This document shows, piece after piece, positions 28,366-36,763 of a DNA stretch of 64,000 bases. Source of the DNA: Pseudomonadota bacterium. Its GTDB lineage: Bacteria > Bdellovibrionota_B > Oligoflexia > Oligoflexales > CAIYRB01. Each line of letters opens with the position of its first letter. The stretch's first letter is position 1. The notes below the pieces were generated by a model that was not told where the DNA came from, searched no databases, and was given only the letters and a program-made list of their open reading frames with translations. The stretch covers positions 1 to 64,000 of the forward strand of contig JANOTL010000098.1 in NCBI GenBank assembly GCA_031416315.1, in the 5' to 3' direction. The position numbers were made by a program, and so were the translations under genes.

Positions 28366-28830
28366 ATGCCCGCCTCCCTCCTGCTCCAACGTTCGAGCTC
28401 GGCCATGGCCGCCGCCCTGACGGCCATGGCGTTCCTAGGGTGCGCGATCCACGCCGTCGGTTCCCACGGTCCGCTTCACTGCTGGCGGCTCGCCGATCAG
28501 CCAGTGACGCTCGTCGCCGCGCTCGTCGCCATCGTGGCGGAAGTGCTCGCCGCAACGAGGTCAGGAACGCGATGGGTTTTGTTCGCATTTGCCGCGCAGC
28601 TGCTCCTCGTTGCCGGCCTTAGCGGGCTCGTGGTCGCCGGGAACGGTGAGTGGGAAGGGACGCCCTTTTCGGTGTCCCTTGGGCTAGCGCTGGCTTTCGC
28701 CGCCGCTGGATTGGTGGCGCAGCTCTTCGGCCGCCGCGGCGTTAAAGCGCCGCCCGGCAGTGATACTTCCGAGACCCCGGCTCTTTCCCCGCCTCGACCA
28801 AGCACACGAGCGCGCCCGTCACCTCGGTAG
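28366..28830 (+). CDS. Possible small four-TM membrane protein
   Basis: ATG immediately after the upstream TAA; four hydrophobic segments; 3' end overlaps the convergent gene. Confidence 0.45.
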   Translation: MPASLLLQRSSSAMAAALTAMAFLGCAIHAVGSHGPLHCWRLADQPVTLVAALVAIVAEVLAATRSGTRWVLFAFAAQLLLVAGLSGLVVAGNGEWEGTPFSVSLGLALAFAAAGLVAQLFGRRGVKAPPGSDTSETPALSPPRPSTRARPSPR

Positions 28831-29611
28831 GCTTCTTCCCCACTTCCTTCTGCCCCTTCGCGAGCCGCGCATGATCCAGCGCCGCCTCGAGCATCTTTCG
28901 CGCCACTCCCGGCGCCTCGCGTCCGGAGACTTCCGTCACCTTCTCGCCCAAAACCCCGTTGCTCGTCGCGCGCACCATGCAGGCGACGCGATCTGAGTCC
29001 GGCTGAAAGCGACAGGCGAGTGAGCCCGAGACCAGCGCGCCGTTGTCGGAGAAAGACTGCGCCTCACCGCGCAACGCCTCGGCCAGCTCGACCGCGGTAG
29101 GCTCGGTAAAGACCGCCTCTTTCGTCGTCCGCGGCAGCTCCAGACGGCAACCCACGTCCTCGACCGCGTAGGGCGGGCTCTTCTTTCCGAGATAGTCGCA
29201 CGCGAGGTCGGTGAGCCAGGTACCTTCTTTCTCCAGCTCGGGGCGCGCCTTCTTCGCGAACTTGAACAGGACGTCCGTCTGCGCCTCGGGCAAAGGCTGC
29301 GGGGCCGCGAGCTCGCTCGTCGCCAAGCGGACGAAGGCCTGGCAGCTCTCGAGCCCCGCATCGGAGCGGCACAAAGCCACGCCGCGCGAGGAATGGAGTT
29401 GGTCCTTCGGCACCATCGCGCCCGAGTTCGTCTCCACCTTCAGCATCAGAAGGTAGAGCTCCTGCGCCGTCTCCTTGTCGAGGGTCAACGATTCCGTGAG
29501 CCCCGGACCTATCGCCGCGTCCTTGAGGTCGGCGTCGCCGCCGGTGCTCTTGCAGCTGGCCAAAATCAAGGCGGAGGCGAGGAAAGGCAGGCACTTTTTG
29601 TGGTTGCTCAT
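28742..29611 (-). CDS. Hypothetical Cys-rich lipoprotein
   Basis: Lipobox LASC; several paired Cys; two internal A.EL..(L/A)L helices suggest a duplication. Confidence 0.75.
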   Translation of the reverse strand: MSNHKKCLPFLASALILASCKSTGGDADLKDAAIGPGLTESLTLDKETAQELYLLMLKVETNSGAMVPKDQLHSSRGVALCRSDAGLESCQAFVRLATSELAAPQPLPEAQTDVLFKFAKKARPELEKEGTWLTDLACDYLGKKSPPYAVEDVGCRLELPRTTKEAVFTEPTAVELAEALRGEAQSFSDNGALVSGSLACRFQPDSDRVACMVRATSNGVLGEKVTEVSGREAPGVARKMLEAALDHARLAKGQKEVGKKPTEVTGALVCLVEAGKEPGSRKYHCRAAL

Positions 29612-29680
29612 ACTTCAAATGTACCGGACGTCAAGGCTTTGAGCTACTTCTAGAGGCTAGAAGACGAGGAGAGAATGGGG

Positions 29681-31312
29681 ATGAGCAAGCTGAACCGTGT
29701 GCTCGTGGTGGTCATGGACGGGATCGGGCTGCGGGCCTCGCGCTTCGGCAATGCCGTGGCGCTCGCCCGGACCCCCGAGCTCGACCGTCTGAAGAGCCAG
29801 GGCCTGTATACGACGCTGAAGGCCCACGGCACCTACGTCGGCCTCCCGAGCGACGACGACATCGGCAACAGCGAGGTCGGCCACAACGCCCTCGGCGCCG
29901 GGCGGATCTTCGCCCAGGGCGCGAAGCTTGTGCAGCTCGCCATCCAGAACGGCAGCCTTTTCCAGAGCGAGGCCTGGCGAGCGAGCGTCGGCCGCGCGCG
30001 GCCGGGCAAAGGCACGCTGCACTTCCTCGGCCTCCTCTCCGACGGCAACGTGCACAGCCACGAGGATCATCTCTACGCGATGCTTCGCGCCGCGAAGCGC
30101 GACGGCGCGGTCCGCGTACGGGTCCACGCCCTCCTCGACGGCCGCGACGTCGGCGAGCGTTCGGCGGAGATCTACGTCGACCGCCTCGAGCGCGTGATGG
30201 CCGAGCTGCGCTGCGACACGTTCGACGTCCAAGTCGCGAGCGGCGGCGGCCGCATGCAGATCACGATGGACCGCTACAACGCCGACTGGCGGATGGTCGA
30301 GCGCGGCTGGCACGCGCACGTCCTGGGCCAAGGCCGGCAGTTCCCGTCTTTGCCCGCGGCGATCGCGGCGTTCCGCGAGGACCCGAAGCTCACCGACCAA
30401 TACCTCCCGAGCTTCGTCGTCGCCAAGGGCGGAGTCCCCGTCGGCACGATCGGGGACGGCGACGCCGTCGTTCTCTTCAACTTCCGCGGCGACCGCGCCA
30501 TCGAGATCTCGCGCGCCTTCACCGAGGAGCACTTCGCCCCCTTCCACCGTGGCCCGCGCCCCGACGTCTTCTACGCCGGCATGATGCAATACGACGGCGA
30601 CCTGCAGATCCCGCAGCACTACCTCGTCGAGCCGCCCGCGATCGACCACACGCTCTCTGAGTATCTGCTCGAGTTCGGCGCGCGCCAGCTCGCTTGCAGC
30701 GAGACGCAGAAATTCGGGCACGTCACGTTCTTTTGGAACGGCAACCGCAGCGGGTATCTCGACCCGACGCGCGAGGAATACGTCGAGATCCCCTCCGACC
30801 GCGACATCACCTTCGACGAAAGGCCGGAGATGAAGGCGAAGGAGATCGCCGACGTCGCCATCGACCGCATGCGCCGCGCCACCTTCGACTTCGGCCGCAT
30901 CAACCTCGCCAACGGCGACATGGTCGGGCATACCGGCAATCTCGCGGCCGCGATCACTTCGGTCGAGGTCGTCGACCGCGAGGTCGGCCGCCTGGCAAAG
31001 GTCGCCGCGGAGACCGGGACGACCCTGATCATTACCGCCGATCACGGCAACGCCGACGAGATGTTCGACGAGAAGGAGAAGGACTTCCCCAACTGGGAAA
31101 AGGCGGCGCCCGCGCCCGGGACGCTGCGGCCGAAGACGGCGCACACATTGGCGCCGGTTCCCTGTTATCTGATCGGGCCTGGCATGCACCGATTCGCGCT
31201 GACGAACGCCGAGCCGCGCACGCTCGGCAACGTCGCGGCCACGGCGATCATGCTCCTCGGTTTGCCGCGGAACCCGCTCTTCCTGCCGAGCCTGGTCGAG
31301 GCTAAACCTTGA
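29681..31312 (+). CDS. gpmI: 2,3-bisphosphoglycerate-independent phosphoglycerate mutase
   Basis: MDGIG, GNSEVGH, LSDGNVHSH, DGRD, FNFRGDR, ETQKFGHVT, NGDMVGHTG, TADHGN. Confidence 0.97.
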   Translation: MSKLNRVLVVVMDGIGLRASRFGNAVALARTPELDRLKSQGLYTTLKAHGTYVGLPSDDDIGNSEVGHNALGAGRIFAQGAKLVQLAIQNGSLFQSEAWRASVGRARPGKGTLHFLGLLSDGNVHSHEDHLYAMLRAAKRDGAVRVRVHALLDGRDVGERSAEIYVDRLERVMAELRCDTFDVQVASGGGRMQITMDRYNADWRMVERGWHAHVLGQGRQFPSLPAAIAAFREDPKLTDQYLPSFVVAKGGVPVGTIGDGDAVVLFNFRGDRAIEISRAFTEEHFAPFHRGPRPDVFYAGMMQYDGDLQIPQHYLVEPPAIDHTLSEYLLEFGARQLACSETQKFGHVTFFWNGNRSGYLDPTREEYVEIPSDRDITFDERPEMKAKEIADVAIDRMRRATFDFGRINLANGDMVGHTGNLAAAITSVEVVDREVGRLAKVAAETGTTLIITADHGNADEMFDEKEKDFPNWEKAAPAPGTLRPKTAHTLAPVPCYLIGPGMHRFALTNAEPRTLGNVAATAIMLLGLPRNPLFLPSLVEAKP

Positions 31313-32082
31313 GCGGCGCGCACCAGGCATTCGCCGACTTCATGCGGACGATCGCGGCGCTCAGGCATCCGACCACCGGCTGTCCGTGGGACCGAGAGCA
31401 GAATCATCGGACGCTCCGCCGTTACATGCTCGAGGAAGCGTACGAGGCCGCCGATGCGATGAGCGCAGGCGATCCCCGTGCGATTTGCGACGAGCTCGGC
31501 GACGTGCTTCTCCAGGTCGTTCTCAACGCGCAAATCGCGAGCGACGAAGAGACCTTCACGCTCGAGGACGTGATCCGCGGCATCGACGAGAAGATGGTCC
31601 GGCGCCATCCGCACGTCTTCGGCGGCGCGGCCGGCAAGTGGGAGGAGATCAAGGCCGCGGAGAAAAAGGCCCTGCCGCCGAAGGCCGCCGGCACCTTCGC
31701 CGAGGCCGAAAAAAAGAGCCCGGCCTCGGCGCAGGCGGTGAAGATCGGCAAGATCGCCAAGACGATCAAGTTCGACTGGGATCATCCGACCGAAGTCCTC
31801 GCGCAGTTGAAGTCCGAGCTCGTCGAGCTGGAGGCGGAGTTCGCGCGAAAGGAGTTCGACGCGGCGAAGACGGCGGCAGAGCTCGGAGACGTCTACTTTT
31901 CCTTGGCGCAGCTGTGCCGGCATTTGGATTTGGATCCGGAGACCGTTGCGATGGACGGCAATAAAAAGTTCCTGCGGCGGTTTGAGAAGCTTGAAGGGAT
32001 TGCGGGGGCGAAGGGGAAAGTGGTGGCCGCGATGGCGCGGGATGAGCTGGAAGCGCTGTGGGCGGAAGCGAAGAAGCCCTAG
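31309..32082 (+). CDS. mazG: Nucleoside triphosphate pyrophosphohydrolase MazG
   Basis: GCPWDREQ, LEEAYE, DELGDVLLQVV, RRHPHVFG, ELGD..F, KF..RF. Confidence 0.95.
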   Translation: MSGAHQAFADFMRTIAALRHPTTGCPWDREQNHRTLRRYMLEEAYEAADAMSAGDPRAICDELGDVLLQVVLNAQIASDEETFTLEDVIRGIDEKMVRRHPHVFGGAAGKWEEIKAAEKKALPPKAAGTFAEAEKKSPASAQAVKIGKIAKTIKFDWDHPTEVLAQLKSELVELEAEFARKEFDAAKTAAELGDVYFSLAQLCRHLDLDPETVAMDGNKKFLRRFEKLEGIAGAKGKVVAAMARDELEALWAEAKKP

Positions 32083-32084
32083 AC

Positions 32085-32113
32085 GTCTCTGCGTCCTCTG
32101 AGGACGCAGAGAC
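32085..32113. repeat. Perfect 14-bp inverted repeat with a 1-nt centre
   Basis: GTCTCTGCGTCCTC-T-GAGGACGCAGAGAC directly after the mazG stop. Confidence 0.8.
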
Positions 32114-32116
32114 CGC

Positions 32117-32152
32117 AAAATGGAAAGGGGACCCTCTCGTCGAGGATCCCCT
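32117..32152 (-). terminator. Intrinsic terminator of rpsT
   Basis: Minus strand GGGGATCCTC-GACGA-GAGGGTCCCC followed by TTTCCATTTT. Confidence 0.7.
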
Positions 32153-32211
32153 GGGCAGATGCAGACTCAGCAGTGAGCCCGCCCTTCGCAAGGCGGACCC
32201 GTAGGCCAAAG

Positions 32212-32667
32212 TTACTTTTTGGCTTTCGGCTTGGGAGCAGCTTTGGGCGCCGCTTCCTTCTTCGCGGCGGCCGGCTTGGCGGCGGCCGGCTTGGCGGCGG
32301 CAGCGGCCGGCTTGGCGGCGGCTGCGGGTTTCGCCTTGGCGACGCCGGCCTTCTTCTTCGGCGGGGTGGCCGAGGGGGCGACGAAATTCGCGTCGAGCGT
32401 CTTCAGCAGCGCCGAGAGGCGGCCGATCTTACGCGAGGCGTTGTTCTTGTGGATGATGCCTTTGTTGGCCGCTTTGGCCAAAAGCCCTTGGGCTTTGACG
32501 AACATCGGGTTGACCGTGCTCTTCTCGATCGTGCCGGCGGCGGCGCTCGAGACGGCGAGACGCAAGCGTTTCACGGCCGTGCGGACGGCGGTGAGGTACT
32601 GGCTGTTGCGCACGTTCGCGCGGTTGTTGCGACGGATGCGCTTGATGGCCGACTTGTGGTGTGCCAC
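32212..32667 (-). CDS. rpsT: 30S ribosomal protein S20 with C-terminal Pro/Ala/Lys tail
   Basis: MAHHKSAIKRIR...RN...VRTAVK...KGIIHKNNASRK..RL. Confidence 0.95.
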   Translation of the reverse strand: MAHHKSAIKRIRRNNRANVRNSQYLTAVRTAVKRLRLAVSSAAAGTIEKSTVNPMFVKAQGLLAKAANKGIIHKNNASRKIGRLSALLKTLDANFVAPSATPPKKKAGVAKAKPAAAAKPAAAAAKPAAAKPAAAKKEAAPKAAPKPKAKK

Positions 32668-32762
32668 TGCTGATGACCCTCTCTGTTCGGGGCGAGATGC
32701 CTTCCGAGTGAAACCCTGCTCTTACAGCGCCCGGCGCGGAAAGGCAAGCCTCGGGATCATCC

Positions 32763-33326
32763 CTACGGCCTGAATGCCATGGAGAGCGCGAGCCCGCGGG
32801 TGAGGCCGGTGTTCGCCGCACCCGTCCGGAAGCCCCGCCCGGAGGTCGCCGCGACCGCGTCGAGGCGGCCTTGGTGCCAGCCGACGAAGCCGCCCCAGGA
32901 GATCGTGAGACGCTCGGCGGCGTATGTGCGCCGCTCCCAGCCCAACATGACCCCGTAACCTGAGGATTTGTAGGTGCGCTCGCCGCCAGCGTCCAAAGCG
33001 CTCTCGCTGAAGCGCGAGAGTGCCATCTCGACGGCGACCTTCTCGGTGGCCCGGTAGCTCGCGTAGGGGCCGACGCCGAGCCGGTAGTATTCGGAGGAGG
33101 AGCCGCGGCCGCCCTGCATCATCGTGCGCATGCCGGCCGCGACATCGCCTCTGAAACGGCGGGCGAGGTCGAAGTAGGCGAGGCTGCCTCCGACGTTGTC
33201 GAAGCCCGTCGTCGTGCGTTGGGCGACCGCGTAGCCGACGTGCGCGCCGCTTTCCCAGCCTTCGTAAGCGAGGGCTCGCGGGGCGAGGAGGATCACGACG
33301 GCGATGAGGAGAGTTTGGTAGCGCAT
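32763..33326 (-). CDS. Small outer-membrane beta-barrel-like protein
   Basis: Signal peptide; alternating strands; aromatic residue near the C-terminus. Confidence 0.65.
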   Translation of the reverse strand: MRYQTLLIAVVILLAPRALAYEGWESGAHVGYAVAQRTTTGFDNVGGSLAYFDLARRFRGDVAAGMRTMMQGGRGSSSEYYRLGVGPYASYRATEKVAVEMALSRFSESALDAGGERTYKSSGYGVMLGWERRTYAAERLTISWGGFVGWHQGRLDAVAATSGRGFRTGAANTGLTRGLALSMAFRP

Positions 33327-33332
33327 GCCGAG

Positions 33333-33359
33333 GAATCGGCGCGGGCTGACGAAACTTTA
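33333..33359 (-). promoter_or_regulatory. Sigma28 (FliA)-type promoter
   Basis: Minus strand TAAAGTTT-N11-GCCGATTC, near consensus, 6 nt before ATG 33326. Confidence 0.7.
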
Positions 33360-33406
33360 GACGGCAAGTTTTGCCGGGCCGCTCCCGCCTGCCGCGCGGG
33401 GCCATG

Positions 33407-33434
33407 AAAAAGGCCCTCTTGCGAGGGCCTTCTT
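33407..33434 (-). terminator. Intrinsic terminator of the rpsR-rpmB-sORF operon
   Basis: Minus strand AAGGCCCTC-GCAA-GAGGGCCTT followed by a T run. Confidence 0.85.
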
Positions 33435-33436
33435 AC

Positions 33437-33568
33437 TTACTTCTTCTTCTTCGCCGGCGCGGCGGCCGCCTTCGCGGCCTCGATCTTCTTGGCGATGCGG
33501 GCTTTTTTCTTCCGCCATGCCTTGCGCTGACGCATTTTCAGGGAACAACGATTGTCTGCGCGACCCAT
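33437..33568 (-). CDS. Uncalled 43-aa highly basic protein, candidate ribosomal protein
   Basis: MGRADNRCSLKMRQRKAWRKKKARIAKKIEAAKAAAAPAKKKK; AGGGA RBS right after the rpmB stop; terminator directly after its TAA. Confidence 0.75.
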   Translation of the reverse strand: MGRADNRCSLKMRQRKAWRKKKARIAKKIEAAKAAAAPAKKKK

Positions 33569-33580
33569 GATTGATTCCCT

Positions 33581-33808
33581 TCAGGTTTGCTTGGTGCCGA
33601 ACTTACGCACGAACGCGTCGACGCCGATCTTGGTGATCGTCCGGATCGCGGAGGTGCTGACGCGCAGCGAGATGAAGCGCTTCGTCGTCTCGCTCCAGAA
33701 GCGTTTCTTCTGGAGGTTCGGCAAGAAGCGGTGGTTGGTCTTGATGTTGGAGTGGGACACGCGGTGGCCCACTTGCACGCCTTTTCCAGTCAGGCACTTA
33801 CGAGACAT
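33581..33808 (-). CDS. rpmB: 50S ribosomal protein L28
   Basis: MSRKCLTGK....[18 protein letters not shown]...L.VST..IRTI.K.G. Confidence 0.97.
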   Translation of the reverse strand: MSRKCLTGKGVQVGHRVSHSNIKTNHRFLPNLQKKRFWSETTKRFISLRVSTSAIRTITKIGVDAFVRKFGTKQT

Positions 33809-33811
33809 CGA

Positions 33812-34288
33812 TCAATCCTCCCCGCCGTCGTCGCGATCACGACCCCGGCCGCCGCCGCGCGGTCCGTCGTCACGATCGTCTCCGCCAAAGCCGCCGCCGC
33901 CTTCGCCGTCGCCGTCGTCACGGTCGCGCGGGAACGGACGGTCGCCGAAGCGTCCACCGCCCGGGCCACCCATGCGGGGCGCGTCGCGGAAGCCGCCGGC
34001 GTTGGCCGCGGCCATCTCACCGGCGAAGCCGCGCTCCGGACGGTGCGAGACCGCCACGGGCAGGAGCGCCAGGTAGCGCGCGCGCTTGATCGAGAGCGTG
34101 ATGTCGCGCTGCTGCGCTGCGGTCGCACCGGAGATGCGGCGCGGGATGATCTTGCCGCGATCGGTGATGAAACGCTTCAGCGTGTCGGGTTTTTTGTAGT
34201 CGATGGCGATCGACGGATCCAGCGTGCGCTTGCGGCGCAGCATGAAACGACGGCGCTTCTTCTTGGTCGCTTTCGAAGGAATGGGCAT
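33812..34288 (-). CDS. rpsR: 30S ribosomal protein S18 with Gly/Arg/Asp-rich C-terminal extension
   Basis: IDYK....[18 protein letters not shown].....QR.....[11 protein letters not shown]. Confidence 0.96.
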   Translation of the reverse strand: MPIPSKATKKKRRRFMLRRKRTLDPSIAIDYKKPDTLKRFITDRGKIIPRRISGATAAQQRDITLSIKRARYLALLPVAVSHRPERGFAGEMAAANAGGFRDAPRMGGPGGGRFGDRPFPRDRDDGDGEGGGGFGGDDRDDGPRGGGRGRDRDDGGED

Positions 34289-34488
34289 GAGTTCTTTCCG
34301 AGCCTCTAATGGAGGAAATGTCGTTTCACAGGGAGCCGCGCTTCAGACACATTCCATCTGAAATCGGCCGTGGTTTTGGCTTAGGTCCCCAAACCCTGCG
34401 AGAGCCCGGAAACGTATCCCAAAGGGGCTCGATCCGGCAACATGAAACGAGTAAGAGGGAATGCCTCCGCGGAGCACTTCACTAATAT

Positions 34489-36753
34489 ATGCACGAGCTC
34501 GACGTCGCCGTTCCGACGCCCCTGGCGCAAACCTTCACCTACACTGCAGAAATTGCGGTTTCGGCAGGGACGCGCGTCCTGGTTCCCTTCGGCAAGCGGC
34601 GGCTGGTGGGCGTCGTCTTGGGAGCCGCCGGGGCGACCGACCCCGGGCAGAAGCTGAAGGCGATCGAGCACGTGATCGACGAGGCCCCGGTCTACAGCCC
34701 CGTGGTCCTGGAGATCGCAAAGTGGATCAGCACCTACTACTTCCACCCCATCGGCGAGGTGCTCCGGACCATGCTGCCGGCGAGCGCGACGAAGGTGGTC
34801 GACGAGACCTACGTGCTCACCGAGAAAGGGAAAGCCGCGCGGGCCGAGGGGCACGCCTTGAAGAAAGTCTTCGCGCGGAAGGACGAGCTGACCGCGGCGA
34901 CTTTGAAGGCGAAGCTGAGGAAGCTGCCCGAGGCGCCGCCCTTGAAGGAGATGTTGAAGGCGGGGCTTCTGTCGAAGACGCGGTCGACCTCGATGCGCGC
35001 GCGAGCGGAAGAGGGTTTTGCCCCGGCGGAAAAGGGCGAGGCGGCCGAGATCGTGATGCCGACGCTGACGGCGACGCAAGCCGAGGTCACGGCCACTTTG
35101 ATCCGCGAAGGCCTGGATTTCGACGGCACCCCGAAGCCCTTCCTCCTCCACGGCGTCACCGGCGCCGGCAAGACCGAGGTCTACCTGCGCACGATCGCGG
35201 CGACCCTCGAGCGCAGCCCCGAGGCGCAAACCTTGGTGCTCGTCCCGGAAATCTCGCTCACCCCGCAGATGACCCGCGTCTTCGAGCGCCGCTTTCCCGG
35301 GCGCGTCGCGGTCGTCCACTCCGCCTTGAGCGACCCCGATCGCTGGGCCGCGTTGAGCCGGATCCGCAAGGGCGAGGCGTCGATCTTGATCGGCCCGCGC
35401 TCGGCGGTCTTCGGCCCGTTCCGGCAGCTCTGCCTCATCCTCGTCGACGAGGAGCACGACGGCTCCTACAAGCAGACCACCGGCCTCCCCTACAACGGCA
35501 GAGACGTCGCCGTCCTCCGCGGTAAGCTCGAGGGCGCGACCGTCGTCCTCGGCAGCGCCACGCCCTCGATGGAAAGCTACCAGAACGCGCTCACCGGGCG
35601 GTACAGCCTCCTCGAGCTGCCGGAGCGCGCCACCGGCCGCCCGCTACCCACCGTCTCGATCGTCGAGGCCGACAAGACGGCGAAGTTCGGCTCCCTCGTC
35701 AGCCGCCGCGGCCCCGCAGGACCTGCGATGCAGGGCGAGCCGGAGATCCCGATCGACCCGCGGGTCGTCTTGGCCCTGCGCGACAACCTCGCCCGAAAAC
35801 AGCAGTCGATCGTCCTGGTGAATCGTCGCGGCTACGCCTTCTACCTCTTTTCGCTGGAGAAGAAGAAGGCGGTGCAATGCCCGCAGTGCAGCATCAGCCT
35901 CACGCTCCATGCGCGAAGCGCAGTCTTGCGTTGCCATTACTGCGACTACGCGACGACGACCGAGAAGCTGACGCGCGAGCGACCGGACGAGACCTTCATT
36001 GCGGTGGGCTACGGCAGCCAAAAGGCCGAAGACGCGGTGACGCGGATGGTTCCCGGCGCGCGCGTCGTGCGCATCGACTCCGACTCGGTGAACGAGCGCG
36101 ACTTCCTGCCGAAGACCCTGAACGCCTTTCGCGACGGCGAGATCGACATCCTGGTCGGCACGCAGATCCTGGCGAAGGGCCACGATTTCCCGAACGTCAC
36201 GTTGATCGTCATCCTCGAGGTCGACCAGCTCCTCGATCTCCCGGATTTCCGCGCCGGCGAGCGCACCTTCCAGCTGCTCGTCCAGGCCTCCGGCCGCGCC
36301 GGCCGCGCGGAGCTCGCGGGCGAGGTCCTCGTGCAGACGATCCGCGCCGGGCATCCTGTCGTGGCGACGGCGCTTCGCCAGGACTTCAAGGCGTTTGCAG
36401 CGGCCGAGCTGCAGTTCCGCCAGCAGCACTGCTACCCGCCGTTCGCGCGCATGATCGCGATCGAGCTCAACGGCGAGGAGAAGCCGCGGCTCGACGAGCT
36501 CTGCCGCCGCATCGAAGGCTGGATAGAGCAGATGGCGGCCCTGCGCCCCGACCTCGTCCAAAAAGTGCGGATCCTGGGCCCCGCCGTGCCGCCGATCGAG
36601 ATGGTCCGCCGCCGCCATCGCCGCTCCCTCATTTTCTGCGCGACCGACACGGCCGCTCTGCGCCAGCTGGCGCAGCACTTTCTCACCGCCTTCCAAAAAC
36701 TCCCGGCTGACGTGCGTCTGAAGATCGACGTCGACCCGCAAAGTCTCATTTAG
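34489..36753 (+). CDS. priA: Primosomal protein N' (replication restart helicase)
   Basis: VLVPFG, GVTGAGKTEVY, LVPEISLTPQ, DEEHD.SYKQ, GSATPS, CPQC/CHYC, GTQILAKGHDFP, GRAGR. Confidence 0.97.
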   Translation: MHELDVAVPTPLAQTFTYTAEIAVSAGTRVLVPFGKRRLVGVVLGAAGATDPGQKLKAIEHVIDEAPVYSPVVLEIAKWISTYYFHPIGEVLRTMLPASATKVVDETYVLTEKGKAARAEGHALKKVFARKDELTAATLKAKLRKLPEAPPLKEMLKAGLLSKTRSTSMRARAEEGFAPAEKGEAAEIVMPTLTATQAEVTATLIREGLDFDGTPKPFLLHGVTGAGKTEVYLRTIAATLERSPEAQTLVLVPEISLTPQMTRVFERRFPGRVAVVHSALSDPDRWAALSRIRKGEASILIGPRSAVFGPFRQLCLILVDEEHDGSYKQTTGLPYNGRDVAVLRGKLEGATVVLGSATPSMESYQNALTGRYSLLELPERATGRPLPTVSIVEADKTAKFGSLVSRRGPAGPAMQGEPEIPIDPRVVLALRDNLARKQQSIVLVNRRGYAFYLFSLEKKKAVQCPQCSISLTLHARSAVLRCHYCDYATTTEKLTRERPDETFIAVGYGSQKAEDAVTRMVPGARVVRIDSDSVNERDFLPKTLNAFRDGEIDILVGTQILAKGHDFPNVTLIVILEVDQLLDLPDFRAGERTFQLLVQASGRAGRAELAGEVLVQTIRAGHPVVATALRQDFKAFAAAELQFRQQHCYPPFARMIAIELNGEEKPRLDELCRRIEGWIEQMAALRPDLVQKVRILGPAVPPIEMVRRRHRRSLIFCATDTAALRQLAQHFLTAFQKLPADVRLKIDVDPQSLI

Positions 36754-36763
36754 AGGTCTCCTC

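Noticed and set aside
35800..36020. PriA retains only two of the four CxxC pairs
   Set aside because: Real in the sequence (CPQC and CHYC only), but all helicase motifs are intact, so I treated it as a variant and not a pseudogene.
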